A stretch of DNA of 64,000 nucleotides, taken from assembly GCA_964524645.1 (NCBI GenBank), contig CAZGEC010000009.1:7403-71402 (forward strand), read 5' to 3'. Below the pieces are notes generated by a model that worked only from the letters and a program-made list of their open reading frames with translations, was not told where the DNA came from and searched no databases. This DNA comes from an uncultured Fibrobacteraceae bacterium. GTDB lineage: Bacteria; Krumholzibacteriota; Krumholzibacteriia; LZORAL124-64-63. A program made the translations under genes and the position numbers. This document shows, one piece after another, positions 1-9,348 of the stretch; position 1 is the first letter of the stretch; the number at the start of each line of letters is the position of its first letter.

Positions 1-2731
1 CGGTGAACCCGAAGATCCGCAGGGCCTTGACCATGTTGGGGCTCATGGGCTCGACCAGGTGCTGCTCCAGCTGGCCGCGGGCGACCAGGTCCTCGTACTC
101 GCGGGGCCGGTCCTCCTTCAGCTCCGCCAGGGGAACGCGTCCCGTGAAGATCACCGGATCCATGGGGAACTTGTCCGGCCGGAAGTGCGTGTTGAAGAAG
201 TGCACCGTGAAGATGAAGCCGGTGGCCAGCAATGCCTCGTCGGAGTGGATGATGGTCGCCACGTTGATGAACCAGCCCGGAAAGATGTGCGTGAAGAATT
301 CCGGGAACCAGAGCATCAGGCCCGAGAAGCCGATCATGCCCACGCCCCAGAAAACCGCGAAGTAGTCGAACTTCTCCCAGTAGGTCCAGCGGCCGTAGCG
401 GGGGCGCGGCCCCATGCCGATGAACCACCGCAGCGTCTGTCCGAACTCCTGCAAGTCGCTCCTCTTCGGCAGCATGGTGTCGGGCCCGGCGAGGAACGCC
501 CGCCAGGACAGATCCGCCTTCCGCTTGCGGTAGAAGATATCGATGATGTGCCGGCCGAAGTAGAAGAAGGTGATCAGCGCGCAGATCCGGTGGATGATTC
601 CCGCGCTCTGGAAGCCGCCCATCACATGGGACAGCCACTGTGCCCAGGGCAGGTACGAGAACTTCAGGGTCATGCCGGTCAGCGCCAGACCCAGGAAGCT
701 GATGATGACGAGGACGTGCAGGTAGCGGGGGAGGCGACCGAAGCGCCGGTACTCGAGGCCGGTCGATTCGCGGCGCAGCTTGCGCACGTGCCGCAGGGCC
801 TGGAACGAGCGGGGCAGCCAGAGCAGCGTGTGGATGCCGAAAAAGGCGAAGGTGCCCACCAGCAGGCCCGTCATCAAGAGCCAGGTCCAGTAGATGAAGG
901 GGTACTTGCGCCGGTCGTGATGGGTGGCGTGGGTCAGGTAGCCCGCGAACTGCCGGTGAGAGCCGGTGTGGCACTGGGCGCAGGTGGCCACGATGTTCTC
1001 GCGGGAAAGGGTCGAGTGCGGATCGTCCGGGGGCAGGATGTTGTGCGATCCGTGGCAGTCCTGGCACTTCGCGGTCTCGGTGTAGCCCAGCTTGACGACC
1101 TTGCCGTGGAAGGTCTCGAAGTAGGAGTCGGTGACCTTGGGATGGCAGTGTCCGCAGGTGTTGACGATCTCGCGCATGAAGCCCGCGGCGTCGGTCCGCG
1201 TGATCTCGTGCGAGGTGTGGCAGTCGTTGCACATGGGCAGCTCCACACCGTCCTCGGCGTGGCCGGTGAAGTGGGTGCTGCCCTGGAAGGTCTCGTAGAT
1301 GCCGCTGTGGCACTTGGCGCAGGTGGTGGCGATGTTGGCCCGGTGGATGCTGGAGTTGCGGTCGCTCTGCGGCAGCTCCTGGTGCGAGGTGTGGCAATCG
1401 GTGCAGGTGGCCGATACGACGAGGCCGCTCTCGCTGAGGGCCTTCCCGTGCACGCTGTGGTTGTAGTTCTCCACGACCCGTTGGACCGGGCCCTTGTAGC
1501 GCAGGTCGGCGAGCCCCCCCTCGCCGTGACATTCGGCGCAGAGGCCGGGGATGTTGCTCTTGTAGGTCGGTGACGCGAGATCGGTCTTCTTCTTGATGGT
1601 GTGCGTGCCGTGACAACGCTCGCAGTCCGGTGCGTCCGGGTCACCACTGGCCTGGAGCTGGCCGTGCGTGCTCGTCTGGTAGGTGGCCACCACCCCGGCG
1701 TGGCAGATGGAGCAGTCGACCTTGGGCACCACCGTGGCGCAAGGTCTGGCGTGGGACGGGGTGGCGCCGGTATGGCACTGGACGCAGGCGACCTGGCGAT
1801 GGGCCGAGTCCTGCAACTCGCCGTCGTCGACGTACAGGCTGGTGGTGGTCCCGTCGTGCTCGACTTGCAGGCCCGGTTCGGCGTGGCAGGACAGGCATTC
1901 CTGGTTGCTCATCCCCTCGCCGTAGAACACCCGGCGGGCCTTGTGAGGCTCGTGGCACTCGACGCAGACGGGGACCTTGTTGGGTTCCTTCTCCCAGAGC
2001 TCACCGCGGATCACCTTCTGGTGCACCTGCTCGATGCGCCCGTGGCAGACCTGGCAGGTCTTGGGCACGTTGTCGCGATAGATGGTCGAGCGCGGATCCG
2101 TGTGCGGCAGCACGTTGTGAGCGGTGTGGCAGTCGGTGCAGACGGCCGAGATGGTCAGGCCGCGCTTGAAAAGCCCCTCGCCATGGATGCTGAAGGAGTA
2201 GTGCGTGAGGATGCTGTCCTGGGGTATGTCGTAGAGCCGGGAGACGGGCGTCCCCTCCTTGTGGCAGCGCCCGCACATGAAGGGGATGTTGAACTTGGTC
2301 ACGCGCGAGGCGTCGTTCGTGGGGGGAAGAATGTCGTGGGCGCCGTGGCAGTCCCAGCAGCGCGGGGCCAGTCTCTCGCCGCGGGCCGCGGCCTGTCCAT
2401 GAAGGCTCTGCCGGTAGACCTCGGCCACGTCGTCGTGGCAGAAGGCGCAGTCCACCGGCGCCAGGTCCTCGGCGTGGGGGAAATCGCTGCCCACCAGGTC
2501 CTGGTGGCAGTCGACGCAGGTCAGGCCCGCCTGGCCGTGGATCGAGCTCTCGTACTTCGGCAGGTCCACGAAGAGCGAGACGACGCGGCCGTCCCGGTTC
2601 GTGGTCAGCTCGGTGTCCTCGTGGCAGACGAGACAGTCCCCGGCCTCCTGGCCGAGGACCCGCGATGCGCCGGAGATCAGCAGCAGGACGACCAGGAGGG
2701 CCGGAAGCCGTGAGAGACGGGAGCGGTTCAT
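1..2731 (-). CDS. Multiheme c-type cytochrome fused to a C-terminal cytochrome b-like membrane domain (CbcL-like). Partial: the C-terminus runs past the window start.
   Basis: Hand translation of the minus strand from ATG 2729-2731: MNRSRLSRLPALLVVLLLISGASRVLGQEAGDCLVCHEDTELTTNRDGRV..., a signal peptide followed by many CxxCH motifs (CLVCH, CVDCH, CAFCH, CWDCH; DCSICH at 1700-1717 is in the same frame). The last residues before position 1 (..LEQHLVEPMSPNMVKALRIFGFT) are heme-free, so the gene continues past the edge. Absent from the ORF track because it is incomplete. Same architecture as 16011..17906. Confidence 0.75.
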   Translation of the reverse strand, partial: MNRSRLSRLPALLVVLLLISGASRVLGQEAGDCLVCHEDTELTTNRDGRVVSLFVDLPKYESSIHGQAGLTCVDCHQDLVGSDFPHAEDLAPVDCAFCHDDVAEVYRQSLHGQAAARGERLAPRCWDCHGAHDILPPTNDASRVTKFNIPFMCGRCHKEGTPVSRLYDIPQDSILTHYSFSIHGEGLFKRGLTISAVCTDCHTAHNVLPHTDPRSTIYRDNVPKTCQVCHGRIEQVHQKVIRGELWEKEPNKVPVCVECHEPHKARRVFYGEGMSNQECLSCHAEPGLQVEHDGTTTSLYVDDGELQDSAHRQVACVQCHTGATPSHARPCATVVPKVDCSICHAGVVATYQTSTHGQLQASGDPDAPDCERCHGTHTIKKKTDLASPTYKSNIPGLCAECHGEGGLADLRYKGPVQRVVENYNHSVHGKALSESGLVVSATCTDCHTSHQELPQSDRNSSIHRANIATTCAKCHSGIYETFQGSTHFTGHAEDGVELPMCNDCHTSHEITRTDAAGFMREIVNTCGHCHPKVTDSYFETFHGKVVKLGYTETAKCQDCHGSHNILPPDDPHSTLSRENIVATCAQCHTGSHRQFAGYLTHATHHDRRKYPFIYWTWLLMTGLLVGTFAFFGIHTLLWLPRSFQALRHVRKLRRESTGLEYRRFGRLPRYLHVLVIISFLGLALTGMTLKFSYLPWAQWLSHVMGGFQSAGIIHRICALITFFYFGRHIIDIFYRKRKADLSWRAFLAGPDTMLPKRSDLQEFGQTLRWFIGMGPRPRYGRWTYWEKFDYFAVFWGVGMIGFSGLMLWFPEFFTHIFPGWFINVATIIHSDEALLATGFIFTVHFFNTHFRPDKFPMDPVIFTGRVPLAELKEDRPREYEDLVARGQLEQHLVEPMSPNMVKALRIFGFT

Positions 2732-3065
2732 GCGCGGCGGGCTCCTGATCCCGGTCGATGTCGGGAAGCTGCGAAACGCCTTGGGCCAGTCTCTTTTGCG
2801 ACCCTGCGGCTGTCAAACCTTCTCACGGTCTGGTCCACCCCGGCGGCCCGCCGATCCTCTGCGGCCGGTGGGGCCTGTTAAAAAACCAACCGAAAAGCTA
2901 GGTCATGGTGCGACTGAATTCAAGCTGTTTCCATAATGATTGATTGTGCCCGCGGGGACATGGCCGTCCCGGCCCCTCGCCGACCCTCTCCCATCTGGCT
3001 GCAGTCTTGCTCCCTTCCCGGTCAGCACAGGAAACCGAACGTTCTCGGGCTCAACAACTTGCAGG

Positions 3066-4472
3066 ATGACAGCCTCGATGCGGCGGACGTTGCAAATCGC
3101 GCTCTCCTGGTGCACTCTTCTTCTCCTCGCACTGCCGGCCGGCGGCCGCGCCGACAGCCATATCGGTCCGAGCCAGCCCGAACCCATCCGCCACGTCATC
3201 CAGCCTGGTGATACGCTGGTGCGCATCGCCGCGCTCTACCGCGACCGCACGGGGCACTATGCCTTGAACGATCTGGTGGCCGATCTGCGGCGCCGGAACG
3301 GTCTCGACTCGGACCTGCTGCGCCCCGGCCGCGAGCTGCTGGTGCCGCTCTGTCCGGCGGAGGAGCCCCCCGCGGTCCGGGAGCCCGTCGCGGGAGGGCG
3401 CGGGCTGCGCGGGATCTACCTGACCGCCCCCTTGTGCGGCAGCACCGCCGTCTTCGACGGCGTGGATCGCTTCGTGATGGTGGGGGGCAACGGCGTGGTC
3501 TTCGACGCCAAGGACATCGACGGCGGGGTCTCGTTTCCCAGCCGGCATCCCCTGGCGAGCTGGGGCAGGGGACGCCGTCACCCGGTCATCTCGGAGCTGG
3601 AGGGGCTGGTGCGGCGTCTCCACGCCCGGCGGCTCTGGGTCGTGGCGCGCATCGCCTGCTTCCTGGACGGTGACCTGGGGCGGGCCCATCCCGAGCTGGC
3701 GCTCACCGACAGCAGCGGTGCGCTCTGGGTTGAACGGGACCAGGTCTGGGTCGATCCGACCTCCCCGGCGGTGCGGAGCTACAACCTGACGCTCGCCTGC
3801 GAGCTGGCCGCCGCGGGAGTCGACGAGATCCAGTTCGACTACGTGCGATTCCCCACCAACGGCTGGCGGGGCGATGGAGGCGGCGACCTGCAGGAGGTGG
3901 CCGCGCGCCGCCGGCGGGTGATCACCGGCTTTCTGCGGGAGGCCGCCCACGCCCTGGCCGCCTACTCCGTGACGCTCTCGGCCGACCTCTACGGCGTCAT
4001 GGGCTGGGAGAGGGTGGCCGATGGCGCTGTCACGGGCCAGGACATAGCTGCCCTCGCCGGCTGCGTGGACGTGCTCTGTCCCATGGTCTACCCGTCGCAC
4101 TACGGACACGGTTTCAGCGGGGTGGCGCGCCCCGGCGATCATCCGGAGCAGTTCGTGGCCGAGGGATGCCGCCGCTTCGTCGACCTGGCCGCCGGTCGGG
4201 CCGTCGTGCGCCCCTGGCTGCAGGCCTTCCCCTTCGGGGCCAGCTCCTACGATGCCCGCTACGTGCGGGATCAGCTGCGGGGCGCCCGCGAGGCCGGTGT
4301 CGAGGGATGGTGCCTCTGGAATCCGGCCAGCCGCTACGAGGTGGCCCTGAACGCCCTGAAGCCGGCCGTCCCCTCCAGCCTCCTCGCTGCGGCCCGCTGG
4401 CGCCTGACCGCAGTGCTGGCCCTGCGGCTCGTGGCCTCGCCGCCGCTCCTGCAGCTCGACCGCGTTCCCTGA
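3066..4472 (+). CDS. Secreted LysM-domain protein with a putative glycoside-hydrolase-like TIM-barrel domain (DUF4015/COG1306-like)
   Basis: Signal peptide MTASMRRTLQIALSWCTLLLLALPAGG. LysM motif IRHVIQPGDTLVRIAALY. The VDEIQFDYVRFP and YPSHYGHGF segments are typical of the GH-like family. Start at ATG 3066 is in frame with track ORF 2940..4472. Confidence 0.6.
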   Translation: MTASMRRTLQIALSWCTLLLLALPAGGRADSHIGPSQPEPIRHVIQPGDTLVRIAALYRDRTGHYALNDLVADLRRRNGLDSDLLRPGRELLVPLCPAEEPPAVREPVAGGRGLRGIYLTAPLCGSTAVFDGVDRFVMVGGNGVVFDAKDIDGGVSFPSRHPLASWGRGRRHPVISELEGLVRRLHARRLWVVARIACFLDGDLGRAHPELALTDSSGALWVERDQVWVDPTSPAVRSYNLTLACELAAAGVDEIQFDYVRFPTNGWRGDGGGDLQEVAARRRRVITGFLREAAHALAAYSVTLSADLYGVMGWERVADGAVTGQDIAALAGCVDVLCPMVYPSHYGHGFSGVARPGDHPEQFVAEGCRRFVDLAAGRAVVRPWLQAFPFGASSYDARYVRDQLRGAREAGVEGWCLWNPASRYEVALNALKPAVPSSLLAAARWRLTAVLALRLVASPPLLQLDRVP

Positions 4473-4629
4473 AGCCGCCCCCGGCCCCTGCTCGCCGCCG
4501 CGCGCTGGACGCTGCCCGCACCCTGTGCCAAGATGCGCCGATGAGAGGAGCCCTTGACCGGGTCGCGATCCCGCGCCAGGTTTGAGCTTCCGCCCCCGGC
4601 CACCCGCCACCCCGACGAGGAACGTTCGC

Positions 4630-6552
4630 GTGCGATCCTACCTGCGCATGCTCGGGCTCATCCGGCCGTACCTGCCGCAGGTCGGGCTCTCGATCCTGTT
4701 CACGATCGTGTTCTCGGTGCTGAGCAGCTTCAGCGTCATGATGATCGAGCCGTTCCTGCGGACCCTCTTCGCGGACAACGTCCCGGTCGCCGCCGCCCAC
4801 CAGACCCAGCCCGTCCCCGCAGCGGCGGCGGCCGCGGACCCTTCCGGCGGAACGATGGCGACGCCGCCCGCCGGGCATGCGGAGCGGTCCGCCGGCGTGC
4901 AACAGAACCTCTCGGCTCCGGAACGGCTCAAGGCCCGGCTCCTGGAGCGCCTGAACCGGTTTCTCATGCGGGGCACGAAATCCCGGACCATCTGGCGGAT
5001 CTGCGTGGTCTTCTTCTTCATCTACCTGATCAAGAACGTGGCGGGCTACCTCGCCGCGGTGCTCATGACCTACGTGGGACAGCGGATCATCAAGAACCTG
5101 CGCGACACGCTGTTCCTCAAGCTGACGCGCCTGCCGCTCTCCTTCTTCCACCGGTATCGCGCCGGAGAGCTGATCAGCCGCGTGACCAACGACGTGCAGA
5201 TCGCCAACAAGTGCGTCAATGTCAGCTTCACCAACCTCGTGCGGGATCCGATCCTCATCCTCGCCTTCCTGATCGTGGCCGTGATCATCAGCTGGAGGCT
5301 GACCCTGCTGGCCGCCGCCGTGCTCCCGCTGACCCTCCTGGTGGTCGTGCAGATCGGCAAGAAGCTGCGCAAGTACAGCCACCGGCAGCAGGAGAAGCTG
5401 GCGAACCTGACCAGCATCCTGCAGGAGACGGTCTACGGGATCCGCGTGGTCAAGGCCTTCGCCATGGAGGCCTTCGCGGGGCGGAAGTTCCTGCGGGAGT
5501 CGGAGCGGCTCTTCCGGGACATCTTCAAGATCGCCCGGATGCAGCAGCTCAGCTCCCCGCTCACCGAGCAGCTGTCGACGGTGGCGGGCCTGTTCATCCT
5601 CTGGTACGGCGGCAACCGGGTCCTGACGGGCGAGGAGCTGGAACCGGGCATGTTCATCCTCTTCTTCGTCTGCATCTTCTCGCTGATCCATCCCATCAAG
5701 GAGCTGAGCCAGGTCAACAACGCCATCCAGGAGGGCATGGCCGCGGCGGACCGCATCTTCCTGGTGCTGGACGCCGAGCCCGAGGTGGGTCCGGAAGCGG
5801 GGCTGGCGGAGCCGGCGGGGATCCGCGGCACCGTGGAGTTCCAGGGGGTGAGCTTCGGCTACCTGCCGGGTGACCCGGTGCTGCGGGACATCGACCTCCG
5901 GGTGGAACCGGGCGAGGTGGTGGCGCTGGTCGGCTCGAGCGGCGCCGGCAAGTCCACCCTGGTCGATCTCATCCCGCGCTTTTACGAGCCGCAGGCCGGG
6001 CGCATCCTGATCGACGGCCGGGACATCCGCGAGATGCGGCTCCAGTCGCTGCGGCAAGCGATGGGGATCGTCACCCAGGAGGTCATCCTCTTCAACGACA
6101 CGGTGCGCGCCAACATCGCCTACGGGCTCGAGGGTGTGCCCGGCGAGGCGATCGAGGCGGCCGCCCGGGCCGCCAACGCGCACGATTTCATCCTGCAGCT
6201 GCCGGAAGGCTACGACACCTACATCGGGGATCGGGGCGTGAAGCTCTCCGGCGGGGAGCGCCAGCGCATCAGCATCGCCCGCGCCGTGCTCAAGAACCCG
6301 CCCATCCTGATCTTCGACGAGGCCACCAGCGCCCTCGATACCGAGTCCGAGCAGCTGGTCCAGGAGGCCATCGACCGCCTGGTGCGGGATCGCACCACCT
6401 TCGTCATCGCCCATCGTCTCTCCACCATCCAGAACGCGGACCGCATCTACGTCCTGCAGGACGGTCGCATCGTCCAGATGGGCAGCCATCGCGAGCTCCT
6501 GGCCGCTGGAGGACTCTACCGTGACCTCTACGAGCTGCAATTCCGTGGCTGA
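4630..6552 (+). CDS. ABC transporter, fused permease/ATPase (MsbA-like lipid/exporter family)
   Basis: Six-TM N-terminal domain. Walker A GSSGAGKST, ABC signature LSGGERQRISIARA, Walker B ILIFDEATSALD. Start is uncertain: GTG 4630 or ATG 4648. A low-complexity Ala/Pro insertion lies in the first periplasmic loop. Confidence 0.85.
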   Translation: MRSYLRMLGLIRPYLPQVGLSILFTIVFSVLSSFSVMMIEPFLRTLFADNVPVAAAHQTQPVPAAAAAADPSGGTMATPPAGHAERSAGVQQNLSAPERLKARLLERLNRFLMRGTKSRTIWRICVVFFFIYLIKNVAGYLAAVLMTYVGQRIIKNLRDTLFLKLTRLPLSFFHRYRAGELISRVTNDVQIANKCVNVSFTNLVRDPILILAFLIVAVIISWRLTLLAAAVLPLTLLVVVQIGKKLRKYSHRQQEKLANLTSILQETVYGIRVVKAFAMEAFAGRKFLRESERLFRDIFKIARMQQLSSPLTEQLSTVAGLFILWYGGNRVLTGEELEPGMFILFFVCIFSLIHPIKELSQVNNAIQEGMAAADRIFLVLDAEPEVGPEAGLAEPAGIRGTVEFQGVSFGYLPGDPVLRDIDLRVEPGEVVALVGSSGAGKSTLVDLIPRFYEPQAGRILIDGRDIREMRLQSLRQAMGIVTQEVILFNDTVRANIAYGLEGVPGEAIEAAARAANAHDFILQLPEGYDTYIGDRGVKLSGGERQRISIARAVLKNPPILIFDEATSALDTESEQLVQEAIDRLVRDRTTFVIAHRLSTIQNADRIYVLQDGRIVQMGSHRELLAAGGLYRDLYELQFRG

Positions 6553-7690
6553 TCCCCAGCGCCCCCTGCGCCTCGTCGTCACCAACACCAGCCGGAGCTG
6601 GGGCGGCAACGAGCACTGGGCGCTGCAGGTGGCGACGGGGCTGGCGGCGCGCGGCCACGCGGTGCTCTTCCTGTGGGGCGAGTCCGTGGTGGGAGAACGG
6701 GTGCGCGCGGCGGGGCTGCCCGAGAGGCGCCTGCGACTGTGGGCGGACGCCGACCTGGCCGGGCTGGCGCGCCTCGCTCGCTGCTGCACGGAACAGCGGG
6801 CCGATGCGCTGATCCTGACCCGCTGGCGGGAGTACCTGCTGGGCGGCCTGGCCGCCCGATTGGCCCGCACCCCGCTGACGGTGCTGCGGCTCGGGCTGCG
6901 GGTGGTGCCCCGGGACGATCTGAAGCGACGGCTCGTCTTCTGCCTGGCCGACCGGATCATCGTCAACGCCGAGGAGGTACGGGCGGCCCTGCTGCAGCGG
7001 CCCTGGATCCCGCCATTCAAGGTCCAGGTGATTCCCAACGGGCTGGACCTGCAGCGCTATCGCCCGGGCGGCGACCGGCGGCCCTTTCGCGCCGAGCTGG
7101 GCCTGCCGCCCGAGGCGCCGCTGGTGATCACCGTGGGTTCGCTGACCCCGCAGAAGGACCACGAGATGATGTTGCAAGCGGCGGCGCACGTGCTGCGGGA
7201 GGCGCCCCGGGTGCATTTCGCCGTGCTGGGGGAGGGTTTCCTGCGCTCCCGGCTGGAGGCTCGGGTGCGCGAGCTGGGACTGGCCGACCGTTTCCACCTG
7301 GTGGGCTTCCGCGAGGACGTGCGACCGGCCCTCGCCGCCGCGGACCTGTTCGTCCTCTCCTCCCAGAACGAGGGGATGGCCCGCGCTCTGCTGGAAGCAC
7401 TCGCCTGCGGCCTGCCGGTCGTGGCGACGGATGTCTCCGGCACGCGCGCGGCGGTGGAGAACGGCCGCAACGGCCTGGTGGTGCCGCCGCGGGATCCCGG
7501 AGGCCTGGCGGCGGCCCTGCTGCAACTGCTCGCGGATCCCGCCGCCCGCCGGCGCTGGGCCCGAACCTCCCGGCGGATCGCCGAGGAGCGCTTCGATGCC
7601 CGCGGCATGCTGGAGCGAACCGAGCAATTCCTGCGCGGATCTCTGGCCGCGAGGCAAAGAGCCATTGAGCGGGCTGCCCCGCTGGACTAG
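6521..7690 (+). CDS. Glycosyltransferase family 4 (RfaG-like)
   Basis: GT4 fold cues (WGGNEHWALQVATGLAARGH.. and EGMARALLEALACGLPVVATDV). The start (GTG 6521 or GTG 6545) overlaps the ABC transporter stop at 6550-6552, suggesting an operon. Confidence 0.75.
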   Translation: MTSTSCNSVADPQRPLRLVVTNTSRSWGGNEHWALQVATGLAARGHAVLFLWGESVVGERVRAAGLPERRLRLWADADLAGLARLARCCTEQRADALILTRWREYLLGGLAARLARTPLTVLRLGLRVVPRDDLKRRLVFCLADRIIVNAEEVRAALLQRPWIPPFKVQVIPNGLDLQRYRPGGDRRPFRAELGLPPEAPLVITVGSLTPQKDHEMMLQAAAHVLREAPRVHFAVLGEGFLRSRLEARVRELGLADRFHLVGFREDVRPALAAADLFVLSSQNEGMARALLEALACGLPVVATDVSGTRAAVENGRNGLVVPPRDPGGLAAALLQLLADPAARRRWARTSRRIAEERFDARGMLERTEQFLRGSLAARQRAIERAAPLD

Positions 7691-7747
7691 AGTGTCTACC
7701 CATCCGTATCGAGAGCAAACCGCAGATAGCACTCCAGGAGGAACTTC

Positions 7748-9247
7748 ATGAGTCTCTTCAGGCGCATTGATGGTGAGACCTGGGCGGAATACGGGCGGCG
7801 GCGCTTCACGATCCTGGCCCGGATCTTCTGGGCCAACGGGATGACCTCGGCTGGATCCATCATCATCGTGGTGACCCTGATCCTCCTGCTGGCGTTCATG
7901 TTCATCCACATCTACGACGTGGTGCTGAGGCGGCCGACTCATCCTTACGTCGGCCTGATCAGCTTCATGGTGCTGCCCGCCCTGATCGCCCTCGGGGCGG
8001 CGCTGGTCGGCGGCGGCCTGCTGCTCCGCCGGTGGCGGCGAAGGCGTGGCGTGCCGGAGCGCGAGCCGCTGCCCCTGGAAGGGGATCGGCTGCTGCGCCG
8101 CGGCGCGGTGATCGGCCTGCTGACGACCGTCTTCCTCGTTCTCTTCGGGACCTTCAGCTACGAGGCGTACCATTACACCGATTCCGTGGGCTTCTGCCTC
8201 AAGATCTGCCACCGGGTGATGCGCCCCGAGGGGGTGGCCTACTCGCGCTCGCCCCACGCCCACGTGGCCTGCGTCGACTGCCACATCGGTCCCGGTGCCT
8301 CCTGGTTCGTCCGCTCCAAGCTGTCGGGGCTGCGCCAGGTGTACGCCGTGCTCACCAACACCTACGATCGTCCCATCCCCGTACCGGTGCAGGACCTGCG
8401 ACCGGCCCGGGAAACCTGCGAGGTCTGTCACTGGCCCGCCAAGTTCCAGGGGGCCAGTCTCCGCATGACCCGGAACTACGAGAGCGACCGCGCGAACACG
8501 CCCACCGTCACGGCCCTGGTGCTGAAGGTCGGCGGCCTGCCGCGACCAGGAGCGCCGGCCACGGGCATCCACTGGCACGTGGACCCGCACAACGAGGTGA
8601 GGTACCTGGCCACCGATCGCGCGCGGCAGGACATCGTGGAGGTCATCCGTGACACTCCCGCCGGCGAGATCCGCTTCGTGCGCGAGGGGGCGGGGGCGGA
8701 CACGACCAAGGGGGAATGGCGCGTCATGGACTGCATCGACTGCCACAACCGCCCCACCCACATCTTCGACAGGCCCGGCGAGGCCGTGGACGCCGCGCTG
8801 GCCGACGGCCTGCTCGACCCGTCGCTGCCCTGGTTGCGCAAGGAAGGTGTGGCCGCTCTGCACGCCGTCACTCCCGGCGGCGCGACGGCTGACAGCGTGC
8901 TGGCCTGGCTCGTGTCCAGCTATCGCCAGGAGCACCCGGACGATCTTCCCGCCGTGCAGGATTCCCTGTCGAGAGCAGCCCAGGTGCTGGCCCGGATCCT
9001 CGAGGACAACGTCTTCCCGCACATGCGGATCACCTGGAACACCTACACCAGCAACATCTGGCACTTCGACGCCGACGGCGACCTGAGCAGCGGCGCCTGC
9101 TTCCGCTGCCACGACGAGGAGCACGTCAGCGCGCAGGGCGAGACCATCAGCCAGGACTGCGATCTCTGCCACACCCTGCTGGCCGATCACGAGGCGGACT
9201 GGACCGGGCTCAAGGGAATCCGGGAGGATTACCTGCGGCATCCCTAG
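7748..9247 (+). CDS. Membrane-anchored multiheme cytochrome c (NapC/NirT- or ImcH-like quinol dehydrogenase candidate)
   Basis: Two N-terminal TM helices (SIIIVVTLILLLAFMFIHIY; LISFMVLPALIALGAALVGGGLLL) followed by CVDCH, CEVCH, CIDCH, CFRCH, CDLCH plus one CxxxCH (CLKICH). AGGAGG RBS upstream. Confidence 0.75.
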   Translation: MSLFRRIDGETWAEYGRRRFTILARIFWANGMTSAGSIIIVVTLILLLAFMFIHIYDVVLRRPTHPYVGLISFMVLPALIALGAALVGGGLLLRRWRRRRGVPEREPLPLEGDRLLRRGAVIGLLTTVFLVLFGTFSYEAYHYTDSVGFCLKICHRVMRPEGVAYSRSPHAHVACVDCHIGPGASWFVRSKLSGLRQVYAVLTNTYDRPIPVPVQDLRPARETCEVCHWPAKFQGASLRMTRNYESDRANTPTVTALVLKVGGLPRPGAPATGIHWHVDPHNEVRYLATDRARQDIVEVIRDTPAGEIRFVREGAGADTTKGEWRVMDCIDCHNRPTHIFDRPGEAVDAALADGLLDPSLPWLRKEGVAALHAVTPGGATADSVLAWLVSSYRQEHPDDLPAVQDSLSRAAQVLARILEDNVFPHMRITWNTYTSNIWHFDADGDLSSGACFRCHDEEHVSAQGETISQDCDLCHTLLADHEADWTGLKGIREDYLRHP

Positions 9248-9294
9248 AATCGCGGCCGGGATGCCGGTCCGGCCGGAAGAAGGCAAGAAGTAAA

Positions 9295-9319
9295 GGGGGA
9301 CGGTCCCGGACCGTCCCCC
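9295..9319. terminator. Bidirectional hairpin between convergent cytochrome genes
   Basis: Inverted repeat gggggacggtc-ccg-gaccgtccccc (11-bp stem) in the 100-nt gap between the 7748..9247 (+) and 9349..11253 (-) genes. Confidence 0.5.
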
Positions 9320-9348
9320 GCGTGCGTGGGTCGAACGCGGTGCCCCGC

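Noticed and set aside
59-2713. Plus-strand ORFs 59..1573 and 1601..2713 listed in the track
   Set aside because: They lie opposite the minus-strand multiheme cytochrome gene, whose CxxCH periodicity is unmistakable. The plus-strand translations are Gly/Ala/Val/Arg-biased with no motifs.
4114-7038. 974-aa minus-strand ORF antisense to the ABC transporter and GT4 genes
   Set aside because: Arg/Ala/Gly/Pro-rich low-complexity translation typical of antisense frames in 70% GC DNA. The sense strand has clear ABC transporter motifs.
6404-9286. 960-aa minus-strand ORF
   Set aside because: Antisense to the GT4 and membrane-cytochrome genes. No motifs, biased composition.
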